NCBI RefSeq assembly: GCF_964204645.1
Contig: NC_134026.1
Span: 10,749,950-10,813,949 of the forward strand
Length of the DNA stretch: 64,000 nucleotides
Direction: 5' to 3'
Source: Tubulanus polymorphus
Taxonomy: Eukaryota > Animalia > Nemertea
Shown: one piece after another, positions 1-14,500 of the stretch
Numbering within the stretch: position 1 is the first letter of the stretch
Layout: each line of letters starts with the position of its first letter
The notes under the pieces: generated by a model
What the model was told of the DNA's origin: nothing
Seen by the model: only the letters and a program-made list of their open reading frames with translations
Databases searched by the model: none
Program-made: the position numbers and the translations under genes

Positions 1-3000
1 AATTTGGAATGGAGCAATTTATTTACAAGTTTGACCAAAAATCGAGGACTGCTCTGTGTGCAGAAATAGAAACTGCTCTGATTTCAATCCATGTTGCGTC
101 TAGTGGGCCCAGTAATACAAGCGGATTATAAAACATGTGCAAACGCCCATGTCTGGTTCGGTCAGCTTAAAATTGTTGTTTCAGGAATGGGCCAATATAG
201 AATGAACTCACTGGAGAGCGTGAACGTGGCTATATCATTCTATAAAAACCTCTTTTACCTGCATACACCGAACAGTTAAACTCAGTTTAAGGAAAACAAG
301 TTTCGTGAAATCGATCGTATAAACCATCTACGATATACAAGCTTTATGAGCGACTAACCAACTAGAATTCTCATAAGTATAATATTTCTACACGACTTGA
401 TTACATACATTTAGTGAAGTAAACTATACTTTTACTCCCAAAGCTTTATGTGCTATGGGCATTTTGTTAGTGTAGTCAATATTTGCCAACATTAGTGGCT
501 TATGTTTGCATACCAAGCAGTCAAACAGGTTTTTCTCTGTTACCTCTGTTTTTGTTTTTGTTTCTTTACATCTTTAATTTGAGGAAATGGCTATAGATTC
601 TTGCACGATTTGAGTTAAACTGAACAATTGAGTTTTGATAAAATCAAGCATTTGTTACCACTAATGACATGATCATTCCAAAAAGATACAATTTGTCTAT
701 GTATACTAGTTGCATACATAATATATACCTTATTTTGTTTGATTCAATTTTAGCAACAGGCTTTTCCATCAAACGCAGAAAACTCTCTGGTTCAGGCATA
801 TACATGCTGATAAGTATGTGTTTTGTAATCCACTCGGCAAAACGAATATCAATGAAATACTAACGTTCCCAATCAAATCGATTGCATATTTTCATAGAGC
901 ATAATCAAGTTTGTGTACATGTACTCCGTCAACTAAACTATTCAATATTCCTGCGCTAGCCAAATATCCAATAGTGAAATAATGCGAGAAAAGCATGTTC
1001 TTATTCAGGTGACACCGCAATTTTTGAAATATACGCCTGAGTGAAATCCGAATACATGTAACACTCTGGATAACATTTAATGATGATGAAGATCATCAAT
1101 AACAATAAGTTCACTGACTAGATAAACAAGATTGAATAATTAAGCACTGTTGTCGCTATTAATTGAGGACTTAAAGTCGTCACTGTGACAAGCAAACATT
1201 GCTTTGAAAGACACCCTTACAGATTTCACAGAGTAGTGGTGTTACAATGTATCCCTATCAACTAAACTAATCCATGGGTATATTCACGTGATATGATTAC
1301 CAGTCATTGCCTCGTACGTAAGTAACTTTGTATGTAACATTCGTAGCTATAAGAGTATTAGAAGTAATTCGATTGATTGGTAACCACGAAGCGGTTTTAT
1401 TTATCACCGGTCGGCATGTCGAAGTAAGTTATTAGTCTTTCGTGTTGAGGGACGTCAAATTTCTCAAGAAAATGCAATTAAGAATGACTCCTGAACAATC
1501 AATGATTGATATCGTGGGAGCCAAATATCAATTGAACTATTTAGAAAATAGAGAGCTCTGAATAACATCAAGGTCTATGAGGTGTTTGTGCTGATTTACA
1601 CAAGGAATATATAACTCGGGTCAAAAATGATAATTTCAGCTCTAGTTCGACGGCTGAAATATCATTCACTTCCATTTCAAATCTATTTTCACAAGAAATA
1701 CAATTACCGGTATATACTTTTATTTGTGTGCTCAAAATGCACTAGATTTCTTGAGTTTTTTGGGAGTATTTTTGTCAAAATAGGGATATGGAGTCGAGTA
1801 AAACTACATACATTTACTAGTAATACTAAGCCTATATCTGTATCTAACAGGGAAATTAAAAGCATTTCTGATGGATAAGCTTGGACGGGAAGATCCTAAA
1901 TGACAGATTATCACCAGCCAGTTACTTATAGACAATGTACGGAGGATACCAGATGGTTTATTGACCAATTTTACCTTAACTCACTTTATTACATAATCAG
2001 GGTGGCCATTTTTATTTGACTTGCTTTCTCCCTGACTATTCATTGACATTGACATTGTTCTTCCCCCCCCCCCCCCCCCCCCGACTTGATCTGCTAAGAA
2101 TGCAATCAATTGACACAGTCTAATATGTAAGACATAAACAGAAACTGTTTGATTTTGCACGCGATCTAGCAATCTCAATCAATTTCCCTGACTTATCCCT
2201 GATTTTTAGGTATTTTTAAATGCCAGTCAGGGCATTTTAGTAGGTTCGAGAAGATTTATCTCAAACTTTTGACAAAGAAATTCTGCTCATATAACACCTG
2301 ACTGGACCCCGGCAAGTAAATATTGGTCTAAAAACAAGCCCAAGGATTCGCTGCGGTAGTCTGTGATGAATCAGCCAGTGTGCAATGTAAGTATTTAACA
2401 TAGCTAAATGAAAATATTTTTTCTCAGCTGCAGACAGGTAAAATTGCATAATGAATGTTGTATCCGTAGATATCATATGTTTTTATGTTAAAATAGAAAG
2501 GATCCAACAATTCAAATGAAAAGAGACTTTATTGGAAAAGCCCTAATGTATCAGCTTTTTTTCAAATAATCAAAATCGTCCAACCTTATACTAGAATATA
2601 AAACAGAATTAAAAACAAATTATGAAAATTTTGAATCAAAGAATTACAGCGACATAACAGTGGTGTTGGAAGTGCCACGACTGCAGCAGCGAAAGCCACA
2701 GCAATAATTCACTGACTGATATTTTTCTTTCTTTGAATACATTTAAAACTGTAAAAAATCGGCAATTTGCTGTGGCTATCAAAAATTACTACCAACGTGC
2801 CTGCATAATGCTTGTTCTACATACTACATACAGACCATTGTCAATTGAGAAATGTTGTAGTAATTTTAATTCTTTGATTCTAATCTGATATTCTTTTAAT
2901 TCTGTTTTTGAGTAACATGATACATGACTAACTTCTTGGTTGGATTTACGTCAATAAACTTGAATTAGTTTATTACCCCATTTCTTTATCTTTGGAGTAA

Positions 3001-5202
3001 AATGTGGAACCGATTTCATTGAAGTTTGTAAATATTTAGTTAGCCATGTCATACTAATTATTCCATTCAATAAGGGTCTCTTTTCGATTATTTTTTCATT
3101 GTCAGATACTCAACATTTCCATACATATCTACTTACCCCATGTTCCAGTTGAATTGGACGTTTGAATCTAAACAAATTTCACAGAAGGCATATCCATAAA
3201 AGTTGATAAATAATTATAGCATCTTCAATCAATTCCGGATGATTGAAATTAGGAAATGAACACCAGAGAAAACATCAAATCGCTATCGGTCTATCTGAAG
3301 TTTTAGTTATAACAAGATATCAATCCAACGACATCCACCGAACACAAAAAAACAGGAGCTACATCAGCAGTTATGGGTTTATATTTGACTCTAGGGTTAA
3401 ACTGTAACAAAAGAAATTAGAACTAATTTCAAATCTGAACCCAGCTCCGCATGTGAGTAAAATGTTTCAAAACTCTAAAAGTAGAAAAAAATTTCCTAGT
3501 CCAAGTATAAGTTCTTTTCAAACTCCAAATCGACAAGCATGCAACTAGTCCTGTCTTCGAAGCGTCTAGCCTCCTGGTTCCACAGTTTGCTTTCAAAATT
3601 TCAATTTTTGTCTTCTGACTGTTTGAATGTACAAACCGAAATCCTTATGATAAATTTACGACGCTGGTTCATGCCCCGACTTAAAGTACGCTTTAATTGC
3701 CAAAATTTGAATGAAATCAGTTGGTAGGTGAATTCACGTGTAATCCAGTTCAATCTATTTATACAAGTACGCATTGCCATACATAGAGCCAATTTTTACA
3801 CCGCTATCAAATGTAGTAAATATCAGTCTTAAAAGGGCGCCTGCCATCAATACTGATGGCTTCAAAACACACCCACGGCAAATCATAGTCTTTAAAGTAT
3901 ATATCAGGTATATATCGCACGTATAGAAATCTAGACCGTTTTTGAATGAAATATCTTTATGAACAATACGAAATGACTTCTCAACGAGTACTTATAAATT
4001 GAATAAATCAACGCAGGCAAACGAATACACGGAAAAGAAAAGGCTTTTATTATGTGTAAAGATAATTGACTGATAGGGTTTATTTGGTTCTTATGGCAAA
4101 ACTGGTTTGATTGTGTGAAAGTGAACAAAACTCTCTTTCATTGCCATGGTTGAAGGAATCATAACCTTTTGTTTTATATCGGTGATCAATTTTCAAACAA
4201 ACTGTTGGCATTGAATGAATTGTGAAGGGGAGAATTACTGTGGGAATTAGGAATTTAACATCACTATACGCAATGCCGATAATAACTGCATTTCCTTCGT
4301 TGTTACAATTATAAATATTGTCGTCATTGTAAGTGGAGCAAAAAATCTCATGTACGTGGAAGTGGCCTTTTAAAGCCTGTAGGCTTCCCAGGGCCTGCAT
4401 AGCGTATAATGTGCATATATTGGTAACAGGTAAACATTCCCTCAGTAAAAATGCCCCAAATCCAGTTTTTAAGCAATCAAATTAGAGTTATTGGGTGGTA
4501 CCTAGCAAACTTGAATGAACTGATAATTATCGTCTCCACCACGGAGGTTCAGGGTTTGAATTTCAGAATTTGTCCTCCACAGCAAGTTGCTTTCAGAAAT
4601 GCTGTGGATGGCAGAAACGATCCATAGCAAGTCTAGCTCTCACCACAGCAAGTGCCTATCTTGAAAACAATACCCCGTTAAATATGTATTCCATGAAAAT
4701 TGAAAACTAATTCTATATGAGAGTCAATGTTATTTGATTACTTGACTTAAACATTTAAATATATATAAAAAATATATAAAATAAATTATAATACTGTCAA
4801 CAATATTTGTAAAAATTAAACACTAAAATGAAATCATTAGAGTTGGGTCAGTTCATAATGATATGTGATTAAAATTGAATAATTGATTACTAAATTATTG
4901 AAAGAACTTATAACATAGTTATATTCTAATAATCTATAATTTCTCAAAGATACGTCAATGGCTATGTACAAATACATCATCGGCAAAAGCCGTCGATTGC
5001 CGTCGTGAAATTCGAACCCTGAGGTTATATTTTGCGGATGTTCATCTGTCTGTTTGTCGGTATGTAAGCAGAATTTTGTCCAAAATAACGCAAAAAGTAA
5101 TAAATCGATTTCCCCACACATCAGCAAGTGCTCTTAAAATCAAGATAGATTCCTCTTTGAATGAAAATAATTCGTTTTCAGTGACCACTCATAATTCACC
5201 AG

Positions 5203-5310
5203 GACCTAGTTCCATAGTTGTGAATTAGAGTTAACTCTGAGTTAAAGTTAGTTCATTTTCAATGACTTAACTCAGAGTTAAATCTTAACTCGGAACTGTG
5301 GAACTGGACC
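5203..5310. mobile_element. Tiny palindromic Harbinger-like MITE
   Basis: CAG TSD; ends resemble GG.CC.GTTCCA; internal GAGTTAA inverted motifs. Confidence 0.6.
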
Positions 5311-5591
5311 CAGTAGTTTAATTCTACCATAGAACTCAGTTTATATGATTGTAAATGATTGAATTCAATCAATCAACTCGTAGAATCAAGGCCTAGGGAT
5401 ATTTACTCATGGTTCCCTCAGTTTCATATATCATCATGCTGCAGTCAACCTTTTAGTGGTTGCTGGTTGGTTTGCAAGGGAAATTGCTGAAGAAAATTGC
5501 CCTTGTAGATGTAGATGAATTTCCCATATATTTCCAAACTGGGAATTAGTGTTTCAAAATCCCCTAGTTTTTCACAATTTCCCAGTTCTGT

Positions 5592-5917
5592 CATCCTCGC
5601 TTGCCAGGGGTCCGGTATCACTCCCGAACTCGCTTCCACCAGCCCCCTTGCCTCACGAAGCGTGATTTTACTACTGGCGCTGTTGCGCATGACGTCATAT
5701 ATGGATTTGCGAAATACATACTTGTTCGGTAAAACGTTTGCTGATTGGTCCATTTAACGGGAAAACCAACAGAAGCCTATTGTTGTTTGTTACAAGCGCA
5801 GTGATTGGTAAAACCGTATTCTGGTTGGCTAGTAACGATTCCAACGACTCGTGAGGTCAAGGGGTTCGGGGAACAGCTTTAGCGTAGTGGGTTCAAATCT
5901 CTTAACTGGTGAAGATG
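5592..5917. mobile_element. ~325-bp element with CATC...GATG ends (copy 1)
   Basis: Flanks CAGTTCTGT/CTGTTCTGT; same sequence family as 36768-37091. Confidence 0.8.
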
Positions 5918-7479
5918 CTGTTCTGTGGGAACCATGTTACCTACATTTGTATATATTATATTGTACGTAATATTTTCTGGTAAAAATTAATAAAATACAA
6001 TGTATTGTATTATATTGAATTAACCCTCTTGTTATCGATTTTTAAGCAAATTTTTTAGCACAGTACCTCAGCAAAATTAGTCGTTTCAGTGCTCACTGAA
6101 GTTAGCATTTTAGTATTCTACACAACTATACACGCTTGTGCAGGATCGATCAGTGGCATTGGAACTGCAGCGACGAAAGCCGCGGCAATAATTACAGAAT
6201 GACGTTTTTCTTTCTATATCAGTACTATGTTTTTGACGAAATTGAAGTAAATTTGTCGCGCAATATTAGAACCTGTCAAAAATCGGCCATTGGCCACGGC
6301 AATCAAAATTTGCTTCGAAAGCGCCTGTCAATGTACCTAATGCATAAGGAGCAAGAGAGTAAAATAGATCTTACTACAGTTGTGCATTTTGCAACTTTTG
6401 TGACTTTATATTGATTAGAACAATGCATACCAAACACAGACCTGCCAAAGGTGCACGCACAGGAGTACATTTTGCGTTGCGCTAAGTTCATACGTATTTA
6501 GCAAAGAGTATAGGCGCACCCGCACGCTAGCCGAAAAATGCGCTCAGCAAAGGGAGCTGTGGCAAGTGTGCATGCATCATACAACCATATCTACTGCCTG
6601 TTGCCACTCTGGGGTTCAATTTTTTCACCTTTAGGGGCACTGAAGTTGCTATGCTTTATATTGTCATTTTGTTCATACATGTCACCTAAGACATGTCTTT
6701 CTCTCAGAAATCATAAATACGATATACAAAAATAACTATAAGATTTTCTTATTTAGTCCAAAGATCTTACATTATCGAATGTCTGAAATCTTGTTACACC
6801 ACTTAGATTATCATTGTTGTCAGTTGCTAGGCAATGACATCCAAAAAACTGCAGAAATGCATCAAAAACTGTATAAGTGGGTGTCTGAAGTTCTGACTTC
6901 ACAATTGGTATAGAATTACCTTAAGGTGATAGGAAAAAGTTAATCTAAAGGCACAACCGAGATGACCCCTACATTTGAAAAATGGCAGCTTTTCAAAATG
7001 GCCATAACTGCCACTACTGAAAATCACATTTCCAACCATGATTTTGCAACAAAGTAACCTAGGCTAGTAAAAACAACGCCTGTACCTACTAAATCATGGT
7101 TAAACTATCAGATAAAACCCTATTCAGATATCACCAACAATTTGGCCAATTTCAATATGGCTGCCACAGCCATTACTGAAAATCACTTTAAACCATAACT
7201 TTCCAACCAAGTTACAAATCAAAAATCAAATCAAATCTGTTTTTTACACACTGAATGAAATATTCATTTCACTAGTGCTATGCTAGCTAACCCTCAGGCA
7301 ATAGAAATATTTAACAAAGGAATATCAACTTATGAAAAAAATGGTAAAGCCTTAAGAAATTTCTTCTTGCAGAACTTATCTGATCAAAAGTGGCCAACAG
7401 GTAGCCAACTATGATATGGTATCCAAACTAGAGTCTGTTCAAGTGTGCTCCAAATTTGGTATTATAACCCCTAGCCTTT

Positions 7480-7706
7480 AACTCTATTCATGGATCAGTT
7501 ATCTCTCCCTGGGGAGAAGTAATATCCGAGCAGCTGCTAGGCGCTCAGGAGTCATCTATCTGGCCAAGTACCCATTTACCCCTGGGTGGAGAGAGGTGAT
7601 GAGGATCAGTGTCTTGCTCAAGGACACTACGGTAATGTATGGGGTTCGAACCCACGACCTAGCTTCCCAGAGTCGAACGCTCTATCCACTCGCTCACACC
7701 GCTCGC
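7480..7706 (-). mobile_element. tRNA-derived SINE with conserved central domain
   Basis: On -: AGCGAGTGGATAGAGCG...GGGTTCGAACCC, then GTGTCCTTGAGCAAGACACT...CACCCAGGGGTAAATGGGTAC. Confidence 0.75.
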
Positions 7707-9214
7707 ACGTTAAGAAAAGAAATGTCCTAAAGTGTACAATTAATCTCATTTTCCTATTTTTGTCTTTGAAATTGTATTATTCTACCACCACCTGCACTAG
7801 CATAGGGAAGACAAAATTCTCGTAAAAACAATGCTGATATCGTAGATGTTGTCTGTTGTATATCGAGTATAGGTTGTATAAAAAAATCAATCTTCCTTGT
7901 GAGAGCTTATTAAAGGAATTGAAAGTATATTGATTTGATGTAATTAAATAACCCGGTACTGTACATTATTGTAAGAAAGTCTTAATTACATGATCATACA
8001 TAATTTACGTATTTGAGGTATTCCAGAGTTAGTAGATCTTCAGCCAGACATTTTAACCCTACAGACCAGGCAACCTGATATCTCTAATCGTAGCTGTTTT
8101 CACAAAATATCAGATTCTGATTTTGAGAATATTTTGATATTCTAACCACGAGGCGCAGATCCAGGGGAGGTGCTTTAGGTGCAAGAGCACCCTAAAAAGG
8201 CTCGGAATGCATGAAAATGAGACTACTTTAACAAGATTTTCTAGAGAATGACCAGCAGAGCACCCCACATGCAAAATCCTAGATCTGCCCCTGAACTAGC
8301 CTTATAGTTCTTAAAAACAAGTGAAATTAGGCTACTCCCAAATATGTAGGCCTAGTCGTAGTCAGGTCTGACCCCACCATTACAATTGATTATGGAGTAG
8401 GACATTTAATGGTCTCCCACGTATATCTGACCATTTCAATATGCAATGCGCCCTGGTAAACATATATCGAAACCAATTACCTTGGAACTCATCCAATCAT
8501 CAAACATCTCATGAGCTACAATTTTGCAATTGATTGAGGTGTATGGCTACATATGTATATGGAAACACAATCTGATTCCAATAGGCCTATATACTATATG
8601 GGTGCTAGGGCTATGACCCAAGTGGGCAAAAAGCTGCTAACTTAAGGACATTAGGATGTTTCCAATTTCTAGGTGCCATGCTGTGTTGGTCCATACGTTC
8701 CCATTGTTGCAATAATTATACCGAACTTTCGTGCAATAAATGACAAAATAAATCTCCTGATATCTATATACGGAAACAAACAACTAAATCAGAGGATAGG
8801 CCTATGTAAAGCGCTATTTCAAAAATGTATGCATGGCACTATTTTAAGCGCGGACTATGTGAAGCGCTATTTCAAAAATGAATGCGTGGCACTGTATTAA
8901 GCGCGGGCTATTTAAAAAATGTATGCGTGGCACCATTTTAAGCGCGGACTATTATTTCGGCAATATGTAATTAACCAAGTAACAAAAATTCACCATATAC
9001 GAACTCAACATTCTATGTTTCATATTTAAGCAACTGTTTCAGACACGTACGTGGCGTTAAACGGACGTAATCGTTTGATGTGACGTGTACTATGTACTGT
9101 CGTCCTAAAAATATTTAGATAAAATTCGAATGGGTGACTAAATATTGAAAGTTTTCGCAACCTCTTCCAAAGTAGGGCCACGGAAGCTAACTCACTGGTA
9201 CGGTCAACTACCGG

Positions 9215-10827
9215 TAGGGGTCCAGGCAAGCCATGCCCACTTGGGAAGGAGTTTCGAATGCTCAACAATCTAACCATTTCAATATTCAATGCCCCCTGGT
9301 GACCATATGCAAAACCCAATGAACTTGAAACTCACCACAATCATAGAACATATCATGAGTTACAACTTTGCAATTGATCATGGTAACAAAATATGCTTAG
9401 GTAACAATAGAATAAGGAAATACTTAGTTATTCTTACTATTCAACACCCCCAAGTGACCATATAGAATAACCAATGTCCTTAAAACTCACCACAACCATA
9501 GAACATGTCATGAGCTACAACTTTGCAATTGATTGTGGTAACAAAATATGCATAGGTACAAATATGATATAGAAATACTAAGTTATCGTATTAACGCCCC
9601 CTGGTGGCCATATACACTAGGGGTCCAGGGACACCATGCCCACATGGACAGTGGTTTAAAATGCTCGACAATCTAACAATTTCAATATTCAACGCCCCCT
9701 ATGATTTTATAATTTATTGTGATAACAAAATATGCCTCGTTACCAAATTAATATGGAAATACTAAGTTATTCTACTATTCAACACCCCTTGGTGACCATT
9801 TGCAAAACCCAATGACCTTGAAACTCACCACAATCATAGAACATGACATGGCCTACAACTTTGCAATTGATAAGGGTAACAAAATATCCCTAGGTACCAA
9901 TCTAATAAGGAAATAATTCTAATAATTATAAGTAATTCTACTATTCAACGCCCCTGGTGACCATATAGAATAACTAATTTCCTTGAAACTCACCACAATC
10001 ATAGACGATGTCATGAGCTACAACTTTGCAATTGATTGTGGTAACAAAATATGCGTAGGTACAAATATAATAAAGAAATACTAAGTTATTGTATTATTCA
10101 ATGCCCCCTGGTGGCCATATACAAAAAGCAATGACCTTGAAACTCACCTAAATCATAGAACATGTATTGAGCTACAACTTTCCAATTGATTGTGGTAACA
10201 CAATATGCTTCGGTATCAATATAATGTGGAAAAACATTTTCCCACCTATGAATGAGTACTGATGACAGCAAGATGGCCGCCAATTGCGCCATAATTGGCT
10301 GATCCAAAATACCTGTCTCAGGCATTAAACATCCCTTTCCAAAGAATACCCACCACAAATTGCAATGAGAAATGGCTAACCAGTAGGAAACTACAGGACT
10401 CAGAATCAGGGCCATAATTGACATTTTTGGGCACTAAAAAGGTCATGGGACGGCCGTCTTGAGTCCGATCGACCCAATTTTTCTTAAGCTGATGGGCCCT
10501 TGCAGGATTCAAATACATATGAAAGATAAAGGTAATTGATAAAAGCGTCTTCAAAATTTCCCTCATAAAGTTCAAAAATGTGTAAAAAGTGCTGATTTTG
10601 GCGAGCAACAATGGCTGCCAGTCGGCCATCTTGATTCTGACATGGCCAGTTTTTGGGCTGAAGATGTGTCTAGGGTACATACATGTGTAACCCAAATATC
10701 AAGATATTAGATTGAAGCGTCTTCAAAACTTCCCAAAATAACTGGATTCCGTCTACGGACGGACGAACGAACGGACGAAAAGTGAATGTAATAGCTGGCT
10801 GGGACTTAAGTCCCAAGTGGGCTAAAA
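9215..10827 (-). mobile_element. Helentron-associated (HINE/DINE-like) element, two nested or tandem copies with ~120-bp internal tandem repeats
   Basis: 5' TTTTAGCCCACTTGGG subTIR, GTCC microsatellite, repeat array, 3' CCCAAGTGGGC + hairpin + CTAGT. Further fragments at ~12060-12492, 13744-14140 and 20025-20210. Confidence 0.75.
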
Positions 10828-11577
10828 TCGGCGTATGTAGGTGGATCATTTCAAACCCTGGATTTAATAACTAAAATATTGACCTCAATTGATACCCTGA
10901 GCGAAACAATAGTTCGCTGCTAAGTATTTTCAAGCCAATTAAATTCACTTGTAGAGATGACCCCCCCCCCCAATCAAGGTCATTGCAATTTCATATGCGA
11001 GAGCTAATAAAACTTCCTGCCAAAAACAATTTTACCAAGAACTTAAACTAAGTTGACCATCCACGGAGCTTTCGAAATTGAACGGGTTAACACTATTTCA
11101 AATGACTCCAAATTCAATGACTTTTGGATCCATCCTTTTTTCATTCACTCAAGAAGTCACACCCAAACATCTACCACCAATGTTTTATGGCATAAATACA
11201 TACTCATAGCGGTGCTACATTTCCAATCAGTTTTTTCAGTAATTTTCTTGTTTAGAATTAGACAGTACACGCATAGAATCCACTCGTTCAGAGAGACTGT
11301 TTTATTTCTGTCAGAATCAATTTTCTATCATCTAGAAGCTGTCACCTCTTGAAGTCAAATTTGATAGGAGAAACATTTCATAAAGTTTATACTATTTCTT
11401 TTCCACCTTTTTTGGTTCATCAACGAAAAATGTGGAAAAGGAACAACAAGGATACTCCATAGAATAACAATCGGGTTTTCTGCCAAGTAGCAGGTATTCC
11501 AAAATGGTTCTTAAAAGAAAATGAAATCATCTTGAGCACATGCATATTTGATCAATTTTAGAAAATGTGAAACTTAC

Positions 11578-14500
11578 CACTTATTCATATTTAATAAAGA
11601 TGATTGTCTCTTAGGTAGACTAATTATCACTCGTTTAGGTGAGGTAGGTCGTTTGTTTTCTAGACGCAAACAAGGACGTATAGCTGGTTTCTCAGCTTGC
11701 ACTGGATGTGGCAGTGGTTGTTTCACCAGTTCTTGTTTCGGTGTTGGGATACTTGGTTGGACCCATGGTTCAGCTGGAGGGGCAACAACTGGGATAACAG
11801 GTTTTTCTTTGGGTGGGGATGGCTTCACCTCATCCTGCCAAACTTTCATGGGTTCCAAAGGTGGTTTTGACTTCTTGCCAATTTTTAGTCCTACAAAAAT
11901 ATCATCCCATATTTACTAGTTGGCGCGAATTGTTCATCCTGATTTCAGCCGTTAAGAATTTTCTTACCTGGAACTGGTTGTTTTGGAGCAGGTTTTTTCA
12001 CAATTACCTCTGAAAAAATAATGATCATCAAAATTTATGGGGGTCCTCATCTGCTGATGACCTGGAAACTCTTCATAATAATAGAACATGTCACGAGCTG
12101 CAATTTTGCAATTGTTTGTGGTAGCAAAATATGCATAGGTACCAATAATATATGAAAATACTAAGTTATTAGGCTATTTAATGCCCCCTGGTGACCATAT
12201 TCAAAAACCAATGACCTCGAAACTCAAAGACAATAATGCAATATGTTATACGCTACAACTTTGCACTTGATCTTGGTTAAAAACTATCCATAGGTACCAA
12301 TATAAATAGGCAAATTGTATATAATTCAATATACAACTCCCCTCAAGGGATTCGAACTCACTAAGCTAAAGCCAATCCTCAAAGCTTCTTCAAAACATAC
12401 CAAAATTACTGGATTCCATCCACAGACGAATGGACAGATGGATGAAAAGTGAATGCAAACCCGCTGGGACCTTAAGTCCGAAGTGGGCTAAAAATGATTG
12501 AACCGAAGCTGGTAATCAGTTGTATTAATCAGTATGACTCTCCTAACAATCAAGTATTGACAAAGTGATTTCTCTGGAAATGATTTTGCTGTTTTTGCGC
12601 CTCTCGGCACCGGTATCCATTCGCACTATTAAGTGATGTAGTCATTTGCATATTTATTGACTTTGTAAATGAATAAATATCAATGACTTTATGACAATGA
12701 TAAACACTTAAATGATTGTGATCGACTATCATCATCATTCGGTGTGATATAGGCCTAAATGATGTGAAACGGATCTAACAAACGATCGGATATTACGAAC
12801 TTTTTGTTTTTCCCCCAGCGGTTCGTTAGAACCAGGTTCCGCTGTATATACAAGGGATAAGCATTTAAACAGGTTTAATAATCAAGGAGGATTAACCGAA
12901 GTTGACTATACAAAACTATCCATATGCATTAATGCATCCTCCCTTGGCAGGGATCGAAACCTGATAGCATCAAGACTTACTGGCCAAATAGCCCCAGCAG
13001 CTCAGGGTAAAAGTATATGATATCAACTACACACCAATGATTTCCTCAACGTGCCCCGACTCTTCAGCTTCAGCCTGTGATTCCACATCATCAGAAAGTG
13101 ACATCTGTGATAGTTGTTCATCGGAAATAACGATCTCATCTAGGTCAACTCCTAGGTCATCATCTTGCTCTGAACAGCGCGATGATGGAGGCTTTGGTGA
13201 AGATGTATGTGAGTGAAGCTCAACAGGACGAACAAAATTACAGAAGTGCACAACTCTTCCACGCACCAACTAAGAAAAAAAAATAAATATAACTTTTGTG
13301 TATCAGTTCCTGTATATGGCTCAGCACTAAGTTTTAATAGGCTATAAGGTGGTCCATGAAGTAGATTAACATTTAATGAAGAATAATACCAGGAAGATAT
13401 CAAAATTTAGTGAATATCAAATAATTGTCACATCGTATATTTCTTGAAGCATAGTTTAAATCATCAAAGCTACAGAGTGGACTGTTTAGCAAGAAATAGG
13501 GAAAACTTCATTTCTTTAATAGGGATAACAAACACATTGTGAAACCCATATGATGTAAATATTCTATAATAGTCTAGCACACAGAAATTATTAGAAATCA
13601 TTGAAATAAGACAAGACATTGAAGTATTACCACAAACAAATCCATGGAACTTTCAATTTCTTTTGAAATATGCATGCAAAATCTCTATCTTAGCATTTAT
13701 CCATCATGAAAATGTGTAATTTCAAATAATCATAATAAATCTAGCTTGGGGTCTAGGGACACCATGCTCACTTGGGAATTGGCCTGAAATGCTTAACAAT
13801 TTCAATACCCCTGGTGAACAAATACAGTAAACAATGACCTTGAATAAGATAAAAATCCACTATCTACAAATTTAAAGAATTCAAAAACAAGAAATTTATT
13901 TATTCGGACAATCTAAAATATATAAAATCCACGACGTTTCGATCTCACCCTAGAGATCATCGTCCGGTGTGACCTTGAAACCCATCAAAATCAGAATTTG
14001 TCATGAGCCACATTATTCCACTGTTCACACTCCCCTGGTTAAGATGTACTGAAAATAATGACCTTGGAACTCAACACAATCATGAAATGTCATGAGCTAC
14101 AACTTTCAATCGATTATGGTCACAAACTATGGATAGGTACACAGATTGTATAATTAGGGTTTCTGCTGCGTCGGCAGAAACCCTATTGGATTCCTGCTGA
14201 TTATTATTTTAACATATTTTCCACTGAGTTTCGTCACATAAAAATCATCTTTTATTAGAGTTGACTACTAACAACTTTGAAATGAAATGTTAAACTGATA
14301 ATAATATAACAGTCTCTTTCTGCGCGTAGTTTCTATGGATGTACTGTGCTTCCTATTTTAAACTCGAAGTTACTTAAAGATAACACCGGTGGAAATAGCA
14401 ATCATCAATCATGGCACGCATACTGGCGCGAATCTGAAAGTTTGTGACGTTATTTCATAAATAAATAAAGAAGGAAGGCTCCGAGAATATCCAAATCACA

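Noticed and set aside
1981-2178. Possible further exon of the minus-strand gene next to a poly-C run
   Set aside because: A donor-like GTGAGT is present but there is no convincing acceptor or homology.
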